Source: Patellaria atrata CBS 101060 (Eukaryota). Taken from it: DNA of 64,000 bases. The number at the start of each line of letters is the position of its first letter. Position 1 is the first letter of the stretch. The notes under the pieces were generated by a model, which saw only the letters and a program-made list of their open reading frames with translations, was not told the origin of the DNA and searched no databases. Of the stretch, positions 50,098 to 62,600 are shown in pieces. The DNA lies in the NCBI GenBank assembly GCA_010093705.1, contig MU006090.1, positions 1,453,817 through 1,517,816 on the forward strand, in the 5' to 3' direction. The position numbers and the translations under genes are program-made.

Positions 50098-51164
50098 GAT
50101 GAGTAAGGAATGTGATACATAAGATTGATAATCACCGAATGTATAAGCGATAGTTCTACTGGTACCTAGAGTTAGGGGTAGAAGAGTGGCAAAACCCGGA
50201 CTTCTGTCACTGTCAATCCGAAAGGAAGAAGGTAACAACTATTATAACGGTCTTCAACTACATGATCTCGCCTATGTACAGACGTGATATTCAGGGGCCC
50301 TTTCACTTCCGCGGTGGCTCCACATAGGGAGTAGTATAACGTAGCAATGCCAAAAGCTTGATGAAGCTATTGTTGGTGGTAGCAGCATCCTCTGCGGAGA
50401 CGCCCGTAGGGCTAGAGGTCCTACCGATTCGTCAAACGTTGTAACGGTACAGCTCTTTTGATAAGGCTGAACCACGAGTGAACGAGGATCTTGCGAATTT
50501 GAACTGTCGACGGCCGAGATGAACTGCACCGTGCATGTTGTAATGCCCGAATTACATTACGCTAGCAACGTTATTACAGATAATACGGTACGGTCCTTGG
50601 TTTTGAGGCTTGTTAGCAGCGGCAGATGCGTTTAGGATTTGGCAACTCTGCATAATTCTCTTTTAGCGAACAGGGTTAGTGAGAGTGAGTATGACCCATC
50701 TGCGGCTCAAAGACTGTTCCGCCAAGGCAAAAATGCGTGGGAAGTGAGGGTAAGCACGTGATTAGCTTACTCTCAGATTTTTGAACATTACCGCTGTCCT
50801 CCATTTCAGACCGCCTTGCCCAGTTCGTCGCAATTTCAATCCTAGAGAACCGAGAGAGCCCCCAACTTTCCCAACTGATACTCATATCTTGCCCTGGTAC
50901 GCCTGAACCGTGTGGCTTGCAGAGCCGAAACGGTAAGCCTCTGCGGACACTGCGTGACTGCGGTCTTCTCTCTTTGATACCTACACTGCGGTATATTCAG
51001 GAACCTTCTTGGCCCCAATCATATCAGTTCACTATATCCCCACTCCATCAGTAATCACTCATCCCTCGGAAAGCCCTTCTCCCTGACCAGTTACCAGTTA
51101 AACGGCGATGGACCATGTCAGCTGAACTCCAACGCGCTAAGCCCAAGGCACGCCATTTCTGCCG

Positions 51165-54100
51165 TCATTCTGCTTGGTATGAATATCTTGTGCCCGCCGA
51201 GAAATAGTCGATCGAAGCTTCGACCTGTCTGCTATTGGAGACCACACTTCCGGGACTCTGACTCCGGCTTCTATTCAAGCCATTGTAAGGAAAACTGAGG
51301 CTTTTACCGATTCCCAGTCCAAACCCGTTACGGATCTGCTTTGGGGCATTAAGCGTGTTGTCTTCCTTTGCAATTGAGGTTCCACCACATTGCTCGTAAG
51401 CTGGGGTGTTCGACTCTATCATCCCCAGAGCATCTCGGAGCATTGTTCCCGACTCATCCAGAGCCATCAAGAACCTAGCCAGTTCTTTACATAGATCCCA
51501 GTCCCCCTCATTTTTGGCTCGTTGAAGTAGCCGAATTGATTGATGCGAACTCGAGCTGAGGTCTTCGAATGTATGCAGAACTAGGAGATAGCCGCCTGCA
51601 GTCTTCAAGGATCCTTTTCGGAGGGATTCTTCAAAAAGCTCCTGTGGTGGTGGGAGGTAAGCAAATAATGTTCGCCAAGAACGTACCTCTGTCTTCCTCG
51701 TGCACTGAACGACAATGTCAAGATACTGAGGGAAAGAAGAGAGAAAAGACAGGACCGTTGGTAAGAGTGCTTGCTCCGCAATTGGAGGTGAGTCAACCTC
51801 TTCGTCCAGAACATCGTGTAGAAGAACCTCTAATGCATGGGAGAAGTAGGGTAAATGCTGGTAATGGTGTGACAAGTGGATAGCCGCTGGGGAATTATAT
51901 TGCGCTAGATGATATCGGAGGATCGGTGGAAGAAATAGATGCGTCTGTGATTGTCAGTGAACGTCTAAGCACCTTGTTGATCCCTATGTCTGATGCTTAC
52001 GCGTGTGGCAAATCTAAGAAAAGCGAAACTAACGTGCCGTCTCTGCACTAGTTCAGATTCAACACCAAACAGAATTCCCTTGTTCAAGAGCGTGGAAAGG
52101 GGGTAGAAATCGACATTCACTTTCACAGTAGCGGGCAGGTCTCTTCCCAGATCGACTGAAGCGGAAGCAAGAACGTCTTGAACGTCGAGCCATACTCTCA
52201 TGCTGTCTCCATCAAAGAACCAGAGAGAATCACGTAGGTCTTGACTTTGATAGCCGTTTGTACCGACACCGACAGAGGGACTGGAGGGAAGAGAATCTTG
52301 GTGAGCCCCTAGAATGAAAGAGGGCTGATCTCTCATCAAGGCATAGTATTCGACATTGTGCGCGATAATACGCATTTCGTATTTCAGATCACCTTTCTCG
52401 GTCAGTATTGGGTGCAACAAAACGAGCTTTCCATCAACCAAGAATATTATAGTAGCTTTAGCTACATCTTGGGATGGATCACCATGATCTGGATGAATAA
52501 AAATGTCAGTATAAACTAGCAACATCACTTGAACTTAGACTCACGAAGCTGATCTTCAGGCAGTATCCAGCTCACTGCTCGAACTCGAGGGGGGGCTCTA
52601 ATGATCCCATGAAGAGCAATCTGACCAACCTGCACTAGTTTCACAACATTATTTGCTGTAGTGATAACGTAATGAAACAGAATGTTCTCATAAGTATACA
52701 CAAGCAACGAGTCTTCGCCAGAAGGTGCTATAAGCACTATAGGAGATGCAAGCCGCTCTATATAAATAGCCATGTCCAGAGGGAGTTCACGAGAGAATAG
52801 TCGGAGCTATTGACGTCTATCAATTTCAGTCCCTAAGTTGATTGGTATTGCTTACCTCATGAGAACTATTGGATTCGATAGCTGCGATCAGGATATTATC
52901 ATGCCAGCACATTCCACCTCGTACGGTGAATGAATTTTCCACCAAAGAATCCTCAAATGTCTTCCATCGACCGCTATTTACGCTATAATGAGCTAAACCC
53001 CGTCTTCCAGCAACTGCTACATAGCGGCCATCAGGAGATGTGACAGTACTTCGAACAGGCCATTGATCGATAAGATATTGTGCAGGTACCTGAACATGAT
53101 GCCATAAAGAGATTTCGCCGGATATCGTCGTAAGATCTGAAACATCATAACCTCGATAAATCATAAACCCTGAATCGGTCTGCATCAATGATCGAGCGAC
53201 GTTAGCGGAGGAATAGCAACCAGAGACAGCGCTACGGGCCATGTCCAAAATCCATAGGCGGTTATCCTGCTTCCCTAATAGGAGTAACTGTGAACCTCCG
53301 CCCACCCAGAAACCATCTCGAACTCCTAGTAGCCATCCATCGTCATTGTGTTCAGACAAGGAACGGTCGGAGGCGAAACTGTTTGCTCCAGGTTTACCAA
53401 AGACGCTCCAACTCGTCCAACCCTTCTCGTAACCAGCAAAGAGACAATATCCGTCAGGCGAATAGGTGAGAAATGTGATCTTTCCGCTCCTACCTGGAGT
53501 GATGTTGGGACGGAGCGTGTGAGATATAGGAATGTGTCCCGCATAATCACGGGCCATGTAGACGTATATGTCTCCATTTTCACAGGCAACGGCTATCAAT
53601 GAGAATCTTGCATTGATCGCGGTTTTGACAGCACGTAGATCATCTACTTGAGGATTGTGAAACCCATATCCCTGAAAAAGACTTTCTTTGGCTTTCGGAT
53701 CGTTTGACGGGTGGCTTACACGTCGTTGTATAGCGTATGCCTTCCCGTCACCGGTGACCCATGTCGACAAGTTCATTGGTCTATCGTGGACCATGTCAAC
53801 AACATAACTCTTGTTACTGATCCAACTCATTCGACTAATAAGTTCGGTACTGGTTTGCGGCCCTTCATTACTTGGTGACCAGCGGATTAATTGGATCGCA
53901 GCTGGTTTAACAGTCGCAACAATCAATTCATTATCTAGGGCCAGAGCCTTGTTGATACCAGCGTCAATTTTAATAGCCATACGAAATCGCAGACTTGCTT
54001 CGCGTACGCCACTCCCTTCGCCTGGACCGGCGTTGGCATCTCCCTGTCGATGGGGATGATATCCAGCAATACTTTGCCTCCTATTATGGCCGCTTGTACC

Positions 54101-54702
54101 GTCGGAAAATTGAGTTCTATATACTCGCGCTGTGGAATCAGTAGCAAGCGAGTATGTAATCAAATAGCCAAGACTTGTCTGAACAACGTATATGCCCGAG
54201 TCAGGGCGGATAAGGAGAGCAGTATTGGGACCATACGTCTTTAGTGATTTCATAGATCTTAAAACAGAAGCTATAACTGCTGTAGGCTTGTAATTCGTTA
54301 GTCACAGCGAGACTCATGTTGCCAGCAAGAATTCACCTTTGTCTGCCAGACCGTAAGGGTAGATGGAGTAATAGTTCCAAACATCTGACCGTTTCTGGTA
54401 ATTTTCACTCCAATTATCTCCCCAGAAAGATCCCTCTCTTCTCGTAAGAGTGTAACATTTGCCCCTCGCTCAATATTCGATCCATTTTCAGTATGACGTT
54501 CTCCATTCACTTTCGTACTATCATTGTCCTGGTCATCTTGCCCGGTGCTGTTGAGGCGCCCATCTTGCTCATTGGCATTGGAGTCTTCCTGACCCGAGGT
54601 TATCGCTTCTTTGACTTCATCATCCGAGATTGTAGTCCGTTCCTTAAGCAAATGACGATTTGTTGCTGAATATGCTCGAGCCGGACCAATCGGCCAGTAC
54701 AT
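51165..54702 (-). CDS. ric1: Ric1 (Ric1-Rgp1 Ypt6/Rab6 GEF subunit)
   Basis: MYWPIG start, beta-propeller region (SPDGRYVAVAGRRGLAHYS..SGRWK), RIC1 domain (DFYPLS...FSHALEVLLHDVL...YLDIVVQCTRKTEVRSWRTLF...WDLCKELARFL). Several introns. Confidence 0.93.
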
Positions 54703-54998
54703 CGCTTAGGAGGAGGAGAGTATGAGGGAGCAACCGCATAACTCCATTCCGGTTGAAGATTATTGTCGTTGTAAGGCCGCGAGATTCCCAATTCCCTGAA
54801 ATGTTGGTGTACGTTACTGGAGAAGCATCACCTCCGCCGTGCTTGAACTAGAGCTCTTGAACGCCGACTCCCGCATTGCCGGCATTCAACCGACACAGCT
54901 ATCGAGAATTTGGGCTTTTTGCGTTCGCGCCGGACATCTTCCAGATATATAAAATTTAGGACATCAAACCAATTGTAAATTATTTTTCAAAATCCCAG

Positions 54999-56466
54999 AT
55001 GGCGGACAATGCCTCAGCTAGTCAGGCGGCGTCTGCTGCATCTGAGACTACTGCCAAAGCTGGTGCCTCACCCAAACCAGCCGGAAATCCAGTATTCAAA
55101 GCAATGGGTAGGTCCGTAACATGACTGTTTGAATGCAAAACTTACAAGGCAAGGTCTTCCCAATTTTAGATTACGATTGCCCTCCCGGAATTGGATGATT
55201 TTTCTCTCTATAACTGGTTCCTGGACTGCCGCTGTAATCTACGACCGGCGGGAGAAAAAGCGCATACAAAAAAAATGGGCAACCGTCGTATCCCATCTTG
55301 CGGAAGAAGCAGTACCTACCTCAGTGATGCCTCGCAAACTGACTATCTTCCTAACGGCACCTCCGGCGGATGGGTTGATGGCTGCACGGGATCATTTCCA
55401 CGAGTATGTCAAACCTATATTGGTTTCCGCATCCCTGGACTGGGATGCCATTGAAGGAAGGAGAGAGGGAGATGTAAGAGCTGCGCTAGCGGAGAGGATA
55501 AGACAGCTTCGGAAGCTTAAGGGAGAGCATTCCACGGAACCGGTGGAAGAGGAGGACGCAGACGTTATAACATATCGACAGAGACAAAGATCAGGCATAC
55601 GGGAGTGGGACGGTATTCAGGGAGATATAATCATTGGAAGGAACACATGGAAAGAGTATGTGAGAGGTCTGCATGAGGGATGGTTAGGACCTCTAGACCC
55701 TCCTCCACCACCTCCTGAAGCAGATCCTCTTCCGTCTTCCACACCACCTGAGTCGTCCACTCCGTTGTCATCAACAACAATCCCAGGATCTCAACCATCC
55801 GAGCTAGTCCCAGATACACCCCATACCACATCAGATGACGCATCACCTACAACAACCCCACCTCCCGAGTCTCCATCGGAAACGCCCCCAGCAGAACAAG
55901 AGAAGAAACCCACAAAACGCAAGCAACCAGACCCCTTCATATCACCTTCCCAATACTCAACCGCAACATTAGCACCAACCTGTCCGCCCGAACTCCCCCC
56001 CTCCACAACCATTTCCTTTCCCCACATTCTCGGTTTCCTCAACACCCCCACCCGCATGTACCGCTTCCTCAACCGGCGCAAAGTCGCCGATGACATCGGC
56101 CGACAAACCGCCGCGGCGGTGCTAGCATCATACCGGCCTTTTGCCGAGTCCGGACACGGCGATGGCGCGTTCCTAGGCGACGACGCCACGTCAAGCGGGG
56201 ACGAGAATCAAGCCAACTCCCAACGGAGGTGGGAGCAACAAACACTGTTGATAGAAGAGGAAGCCGAATGGCACAAATCGGTTCGAAAGACGAAGGAGGG
56301 AGACCAGAAAAAGGAGAGAGTGTGGCTTGACGAGGTGGTCCTAGATCCGCGGATCGCGGGACGCATGCGGAGGTTCGAGGTTACCCCGGAGGAAGAGCAG
56401 AGAGCGGATAGGATACGGAACGGTGAGGGAGCATTGGGGTCGACGGATGAAGAGAGGGATAGGTAA
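54999..56466 (+). CDS. tim54: Mitochondrial import inner membrane translocase subunit Tim54
   Basis: ATG 54999, NPVFKAMG|LPNFRLRLPSRNWMIF...YDRREKKRIQKKW, HFHEYVKPIL, IGRNTWKEYVRGLHEGWLGPL, HILGFLNTPTRMYRFLNRR. Confidence 0.94.
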
Positions 56467-57563
56467 CAACTACTGAGCGGCGGATTCGCCCTAGCTTGAA
56501 TCTGTATAAAGTACCATCTATACTCATATCTTGCTCCAGGGGAGAGAACTATATCATAGCATCGAACGTTCAAGCGTAGACTACGATATCTATATTGTAT
56601 ATTACTAATAAATTCATCTCCATGAGGATCATATCACCCATTCCCATCTCTCATCTCTCACCTCCCTAATCCCCCTATCCCTTCTCCCTCGAAGCCTCCG
56701 ACACCGGCCCGCCCGTACAACTCAACCCAGCCCACTACAACCTCCATCCCGGTTCTCCCAGCCACGTCACTTCCACCCTCCCCCACGAAACACGAACACG
56801 ACAGCTCGTGCATCCCCGGATGTCCCAAGCGGGCGGAAATTCTCCGATGGAACCGGATCGTACGAGATGGGCGTCTGGGGGGACGGGACCTGAGAAATGG
56901 TACCTTATGGCGGTGAGTTTGGGGGTGGGCGTATGGAGATGAGATCTGAGGAGGCGGGAGATGTGGTTTGTTTGAGGACGATCGGCGTGATTGATTTCGG
57001 AGTGAAAAAGGGTACTTGAAAGGCACCTAGTGAATAATGGAGAGCTGGTTGCCATTTCCGTACACAGGTCAAGAGATAAGGTACCTTCCTCGAAACGGAA
57101 AAAAATTTCAGAGGATCCTTCATTCTAGAAAACTAGTAACTACAAGACGGTGGTACATTGCACTGCTTTCTCTTCTCTCCTTCACCTGCTTCAAACTCGC
57201 CCGACTGAATACTGGTACATCATCCCTATCCGGAAAGCATGGAAAGGGAAAAAAATAAATAAATAGAAAGGTTGGGGCTCATGGAATATTAACAACAATC
57301 TGAAACCGACCCTAAAAAAGCAAATTTTTGCCTAACCCATTTTTTGAATCTGCTCTTTGATGGGAAACGCTTCAGAAAGATACCACCGGCCACACCCCCA
57401 AGCCCCTACGCGTCATTTCAAAACCCAAGACTCCTAGGGAAATAAGTTGATATCAATATCGGCATGGATCCATCAGAAACAGATGACGGTGTGGGAGATT
57501 ATTATATTGATACCCATATAATGGATATCGTTGTAATGTTTGTTGAAGAGGAAACACTTCCTT

Positions 57564-59677
57564 TTATCTGACGTGCCATGACCTGATAACCATGCCGCAC
57601 ACTCTCGAGACGACTTGCGACATAGCTCTCGTCGATTCGTCATTGATGAACTTCTGTGCTACGTAGAGCTTGTTCCTCTCGTCCTCGGCCTCGTTGCTGT
57701 AGACATCCACCCGTTCCGGGAATTCAGGGATGCGGGGTCCGATGAACCTGGCAACGGCAATGGAATAAAGAACATCCCGATTCTCCAGTTGGCCTAAATA
57801 CTGTCTGCAGTTGAACAGGATCGTCTCTATTTCCCTGTGGGTAGAAACGTCATCATCCCGCAGAGACACGAATCCACCAAGGAGCTTCCAGAACTCGATT
57901 TCCCAAGACTTGGCTGGAGATGGTTGCTCATTCTGTGCATAATGTATTGACTGTGCGAGGTTGGCATCGGTATTGCGATTGAGGATAAGAGCCTCGAACA
58001 TATCTAGTCGCTTACTCGCCTCGTTTAGCAGCTCATCGTTCTCTTTCGGTGGTGTCGTCCCGTTAGTGGTTCCATTGGAAATGGCGGGCGCAGGATCGCG
58101 GACAAGACACATCAAGTTCCAAATTAGTTTAGCTTCCAAGCTAGGAATGGGTTGCATAGCAGCGAAGTCATCGCTTTTAACGTTCTTGCACACGGAGAGG
58201 AAGTGGGCGAAAAGTGCCAGCATCGATGAGTTGTTGAGAAGACGAGACATGCTGCCAGTTGTATACCAGCTTGTTTCGAAGAATTTGTCAATTCCGGCTG
58301 CATACACGTTGGTATACATAGTTTTGATCTCTTCTAGCAAGGATGGAGATACCGGACCATCTTGCGGAGGGGTGGGTTGTGGTGGAATATTGCCAATCAC
58401 AAGGAGATCCTCTATGTTAAGATCACGTTTAACTGTAGGGTTAACCATTAGTAAGATTGATAAATGAACACGTCTTTCGCGGAATTCAGGTTGACTTCTA
58501 TGTCTTCTAATAGCTTACCTTTTCGAGGCTGTGCATCCGATGCCGCTGATGAATATGGACTTGCGCTTCCGACTGGCCCTTTAAGGCCAGCACGAGCCAA
58601 ATGCGCGTTTTCATATGGAGCTTGGGGCATGTTTGATGGATCACCTCCCGCTAAGGCAGGGTCAATTGCACCAAAGTCGTATGGGGCGGATGCAGCAGGT
58701 GCACCAGGAGCGTAACCGGCGCTTACTGCCGGAGTATATCCGTGAGGTACGTTTGGATATGAAGCTGTCGGCGGCGGCGGCGCCGTTGCAGGTGTTGAGC
58801 CGGAGGACGGTGGAGCACTTGGAGCCGGTTGTATTTGAGGTGGGCCTGGCTGCGGTTTGAATATTGGATCGTATCCCAAGCACTCGCGTTTACTCTTTTG
58901 ACAGTTGCGACAGACGGGATGCGCTTCGTCGCACTAATAGAGTGAAAAGAATGTCAGTAAAAGGGAATGATCCAAGAGTGTGAGGAATTTTAGATAACAT
59001 GAGGTTGAGGTAGAAGTTCTCGCTTGCTCGCTCGTTCCGCGAAAACGACTTTTAAGCGACGGGATGCGTCAACAACAAAGCCGTTAGGCTAATCATAAAG
59101 CGAGGTCATTTGTCAAATCGTCGCGAGAACACGTGCAATTTGCTAACGAAACATAAAGGGAATTGTAAAATGCATCGGTGCATACCTTTATCCTTCTTTT
59201 GCGACACGTCAGACATCCAGTTTTTGTTCGTCTCTTAATCTCCTTCTTATGCCTTCCTCCGGACATGACTCTTTGATCGACGCCTTGCGGAGGCATCTGC
59301 GGATAGCGCATATGCATGTTGTGAGGTGAGGATGTAACGTGCATTGGATGCCCCGGAGGAGGTAGGGAACCTGGAGGTGGATAGTATGCGCTCATCGGCG
59401 CGACAGGAGGTGGAAGAGGCGAACCCATCGGCGGTTGTACATGGTGTGGAGGCGGTTGACCTTGTGGTTGGCCATCTATTGATCGTATGGGTGGGAGATT
59501 GAGGGAAGGTAAGGATGTGTGTGAGGCGGTTGGTGAGCCTCTGTACGGTTCAGAAGTAGGCTGGCCTTGTGGCGGAGGATAGGTGTAGGTAGGCTGCATC
59601 GAGGGTGATGGGTAGGAGTGCGGAGAAGGATATGAGTTCGGTTGTTGTCTTCCTTGCCCTCCTGTCTGTTCTGCCAT
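57564..59677 (-). CDS. Zn(II)2Cys6 binuclear cluster transcription factor
   Basis: Pro/Gln-rich N-terminus. RRTKTGCLTCRKRRIK|CDEAHPVCRNCQKSKRECLGYDP is split by an intron about 59185-58934. Second intron 58518-58433. C-terminal ENRDVLYSIA domain. Confidence 0.92.
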
Positions 59678-62600
59678 TATCGCGTTATTGAATATTTCTG
59701 ACGACGGCGCTTTTATCGACGGTATTGAAAATTCTTCGATCGGAGGTGTCCATCCAATCGCGACAAAGGCGCTGATGCGACCCTAGATGGTCGCCTTTGG
59801 TTGACAACAAAGCTAAGATACGAAGTATGATGATCGTGTTCCTCGCTTTCGCCTATTTGGGGACCATGTGGTATGGGATTCGAGGGGGGTGCAAATTGAT
59901 CGGATCTCAGACGGAAAGAGCGATGGACGGCCGAAGCGAAAAGCTTGGTCGTACCGAGGTGTGAGGTGGTGACAACGGTATTGAGATGGAATTGAAAGTT
60001 CGACGTTGTGAGGTGAGATTTTGCGATTTTGCGATTTTCGGATTAAGTCCAAGGATTTCTGCAGCCCGATTGAGCAAGTCGCATCGACTCGTTTCAGTGG
60101 TGGTATGAAAACGAAATTAATGCGGTTGACCTTTTTTTTTTCTGAAAAAGCAGCGCGCGTTAGAACCAGATCAGCAGTCCAAGGTCCGTTCCCTCATAAG
60201 GTGTAAAACTATTTGAGCTCCTCGGTAAAACCTCTGGAAAGACTGGAGTCAGCGCCAAAAATGCTCTGTGCTGCGGCAAAGCTTCTTCACTGTCAGAATA
60301 TTAAAATAAAAAACCAACATCGAAGCTCGCAAGCAAAGAAAAACAACACAGACGGGGATAGGTATGTATAAGCCAGGGGCAGCAGTTAATGATAAGTAGA
60401 ACTAGAAGATGACGGGGCAGATCAGACGAGAGAGGGCGGAAACACTGCGTCTATGTCGCGTTAAAAGGCGAGGAAGCCTAAGGGTGTCCTTCACTCCTTA
60501 TTGGATCGTGGAATGGCGACCCCAATACTCCAACACGGAAGGTCAATGAAGTCTTTGAAAGGTCAATGCTGCCGTTCTGCCGTCCTGTGAAGTTTAGGAC
60601 AAGCTTGCGCTGCTTTTTGGGTGGCTGAGACTCATAGCGCGAAGGCCAGAAGATATTCCTCCCACAACAGGTGGACAGTCTATCTTGGGCATCTCCTTAG
60701 GGGTGCTCCCTCTGGACGGCATACCTAGAGGGCTTTTGCGGCTTGGTATTCGAATAGCATCAACTCAAATGAAGGGTCCTCGGGGGGTAGCCTTCAGGTC
60801 CAAAGTCGTCATAACGATCACGCTCTCACGTCCTTTCGCCATCATCTCCTGCCGTCATTTTGGAGGGGAGGATGCGCGGGATCGATGCAATGGCGACGGA
60901 GATGCGACAGGACCGCACCATCTCCGTCAACTTGGCTGCATTGGGGCACTGCGAAAGACAAAGGGCACCAAAGTGGAAAAGGTTCGTGGGCGAGAGGCGT
61001 GGGATAACAGAAGGAAAGGGGATACATGAATTTGCAAACGGAAAAGGAAATCGACGTACAGATTGAAGTGGTGTCGCAACTCGTCGATTATTTGTCCTTG
61101 GTACTCGCTACGTCGTCGCTTCTTTTCCGCTAGCGATAGCGAACCGAGAGAGGAAATCTTTAGATGAATGATGCTCTTCTTCTATTCCTCTATCAAGCGG
61201 ATCGCTGTGTCGACGACGGCGCTGGAAGACAATTGTTAAACAACTTTGTTTTTCCGTGAAAAGAGGGGATGGTTTGTGAGGAGAGAGATGGATCAAAGTG
61301 CAGAAGGGCAACTAAAACATCTTCGGCCTAGAGGAGGCGCTTACCACCAAATCGTCTGTTGACCCCCAGTGCACAGCTGGCACTTTCGAAGAAAGAATTT
61401 AGGGACTCCCCCCAAACAGTTTCCCTCAGGAGCGCTGTTCCAGGACCACGAGAGTCTGTGGAATAGCCGTTGGACTTCAGTTACGAAGTGCTAAGAGGAA
61501 GGACAGTGCCAATGTGCCATCAGATTCTCAAACGTCTGCCCATTGGAAAAAATCAAGATACTTCGAAAGCAGACTTGCTGGATTCGTCGATTGGGTCTTT
61601 CGCTTCTTCTTCTCAGGTCTCAGCGCACGTGTTGACGGAGAGAAGACTCCTTCAGCTCTACCATTTATTGTTGCTTTAGCGTGGATACCTGCTCCTGGAG
61701 ATCGGGGCACGTACGGCACAGGGTAGATCGCGAGAAGGGAAAGATGACGGTCTGTTATGCTGGGATTTGGAATGTGACCGAATGAGCGTAGGAGAGAACA
61801 CTCTATGCAATGTACATGATAAATTGGATCGCCAGGCTATTGGGTCAGAAGGGTGTACATCTCCATGTCCCCTTTAGGGATCACAATTTCCAGCACCAAT
61901 ATCTTTATATCAACGGGACATGAAACTATACTCAGGCACAACAGAATACTGTAGGGCTCAAGGGCCTTGCGCCTTCACCACCATCTTCGATAGGCACAAA
62001 ACCCAAAAATGCAGTGTATAGGATACCCGGCCCGCGAAGCAACCGCTAGCCCCTGTCACTGTCCATTACCTTTTCCGACTCGTACATAGCATAAGTTTGG
62101 TGTTCTAATTGCCTCAGGCTCTTTGCAGATAAAGGCTTTCCACGAGTCCTACTAAGGTTCAATAGATCTGTGGCTTGTTCCAGAAGACTCAAGATTACGG
62201 GACTAAGTCTTCTTGGTTATCAACAGGTTCTTCCTCAGACCCATCCCATCGTATCCCAATAATCGCTGATCCGGGCTATAGTACAAGTACCGTAGTCTTT
62301 ACTCGTAGGAATTGGATAATGCTGTTGGCGTAGTGTGGCACAGGAAGCGCTGCTGTCACCGGCTAAAGGCAGTGGCATAAACATCACACAGCGCAAAAAG
62401 TCAAACTGACAGCAGCGGAACCCGTTGCCTGCTGGTACTGTATGACATGTAGTGATGAAACGACCGCACAACCTGGCCCGTGGTACAGGAGCAGCGGAAC
62501 GAGCAAGACAGGCGTGTGAATCCCTACAAAGCATATGCTGGTGTTGAGGATCAGTCTAGGGTTAGCTGATACCCAGGATACATTTTGACGAGCTGCGGAA

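Noticed and set aside
56658..57123. Overlapping 72-122 aa minus-strand ORFs between tim54 and the Zn2Cys6 gene
   Set aside because: Three frames are open because of the local C/G skew. None has a recognisable domain or a clear gene structure, so a CDS cannot be supported.
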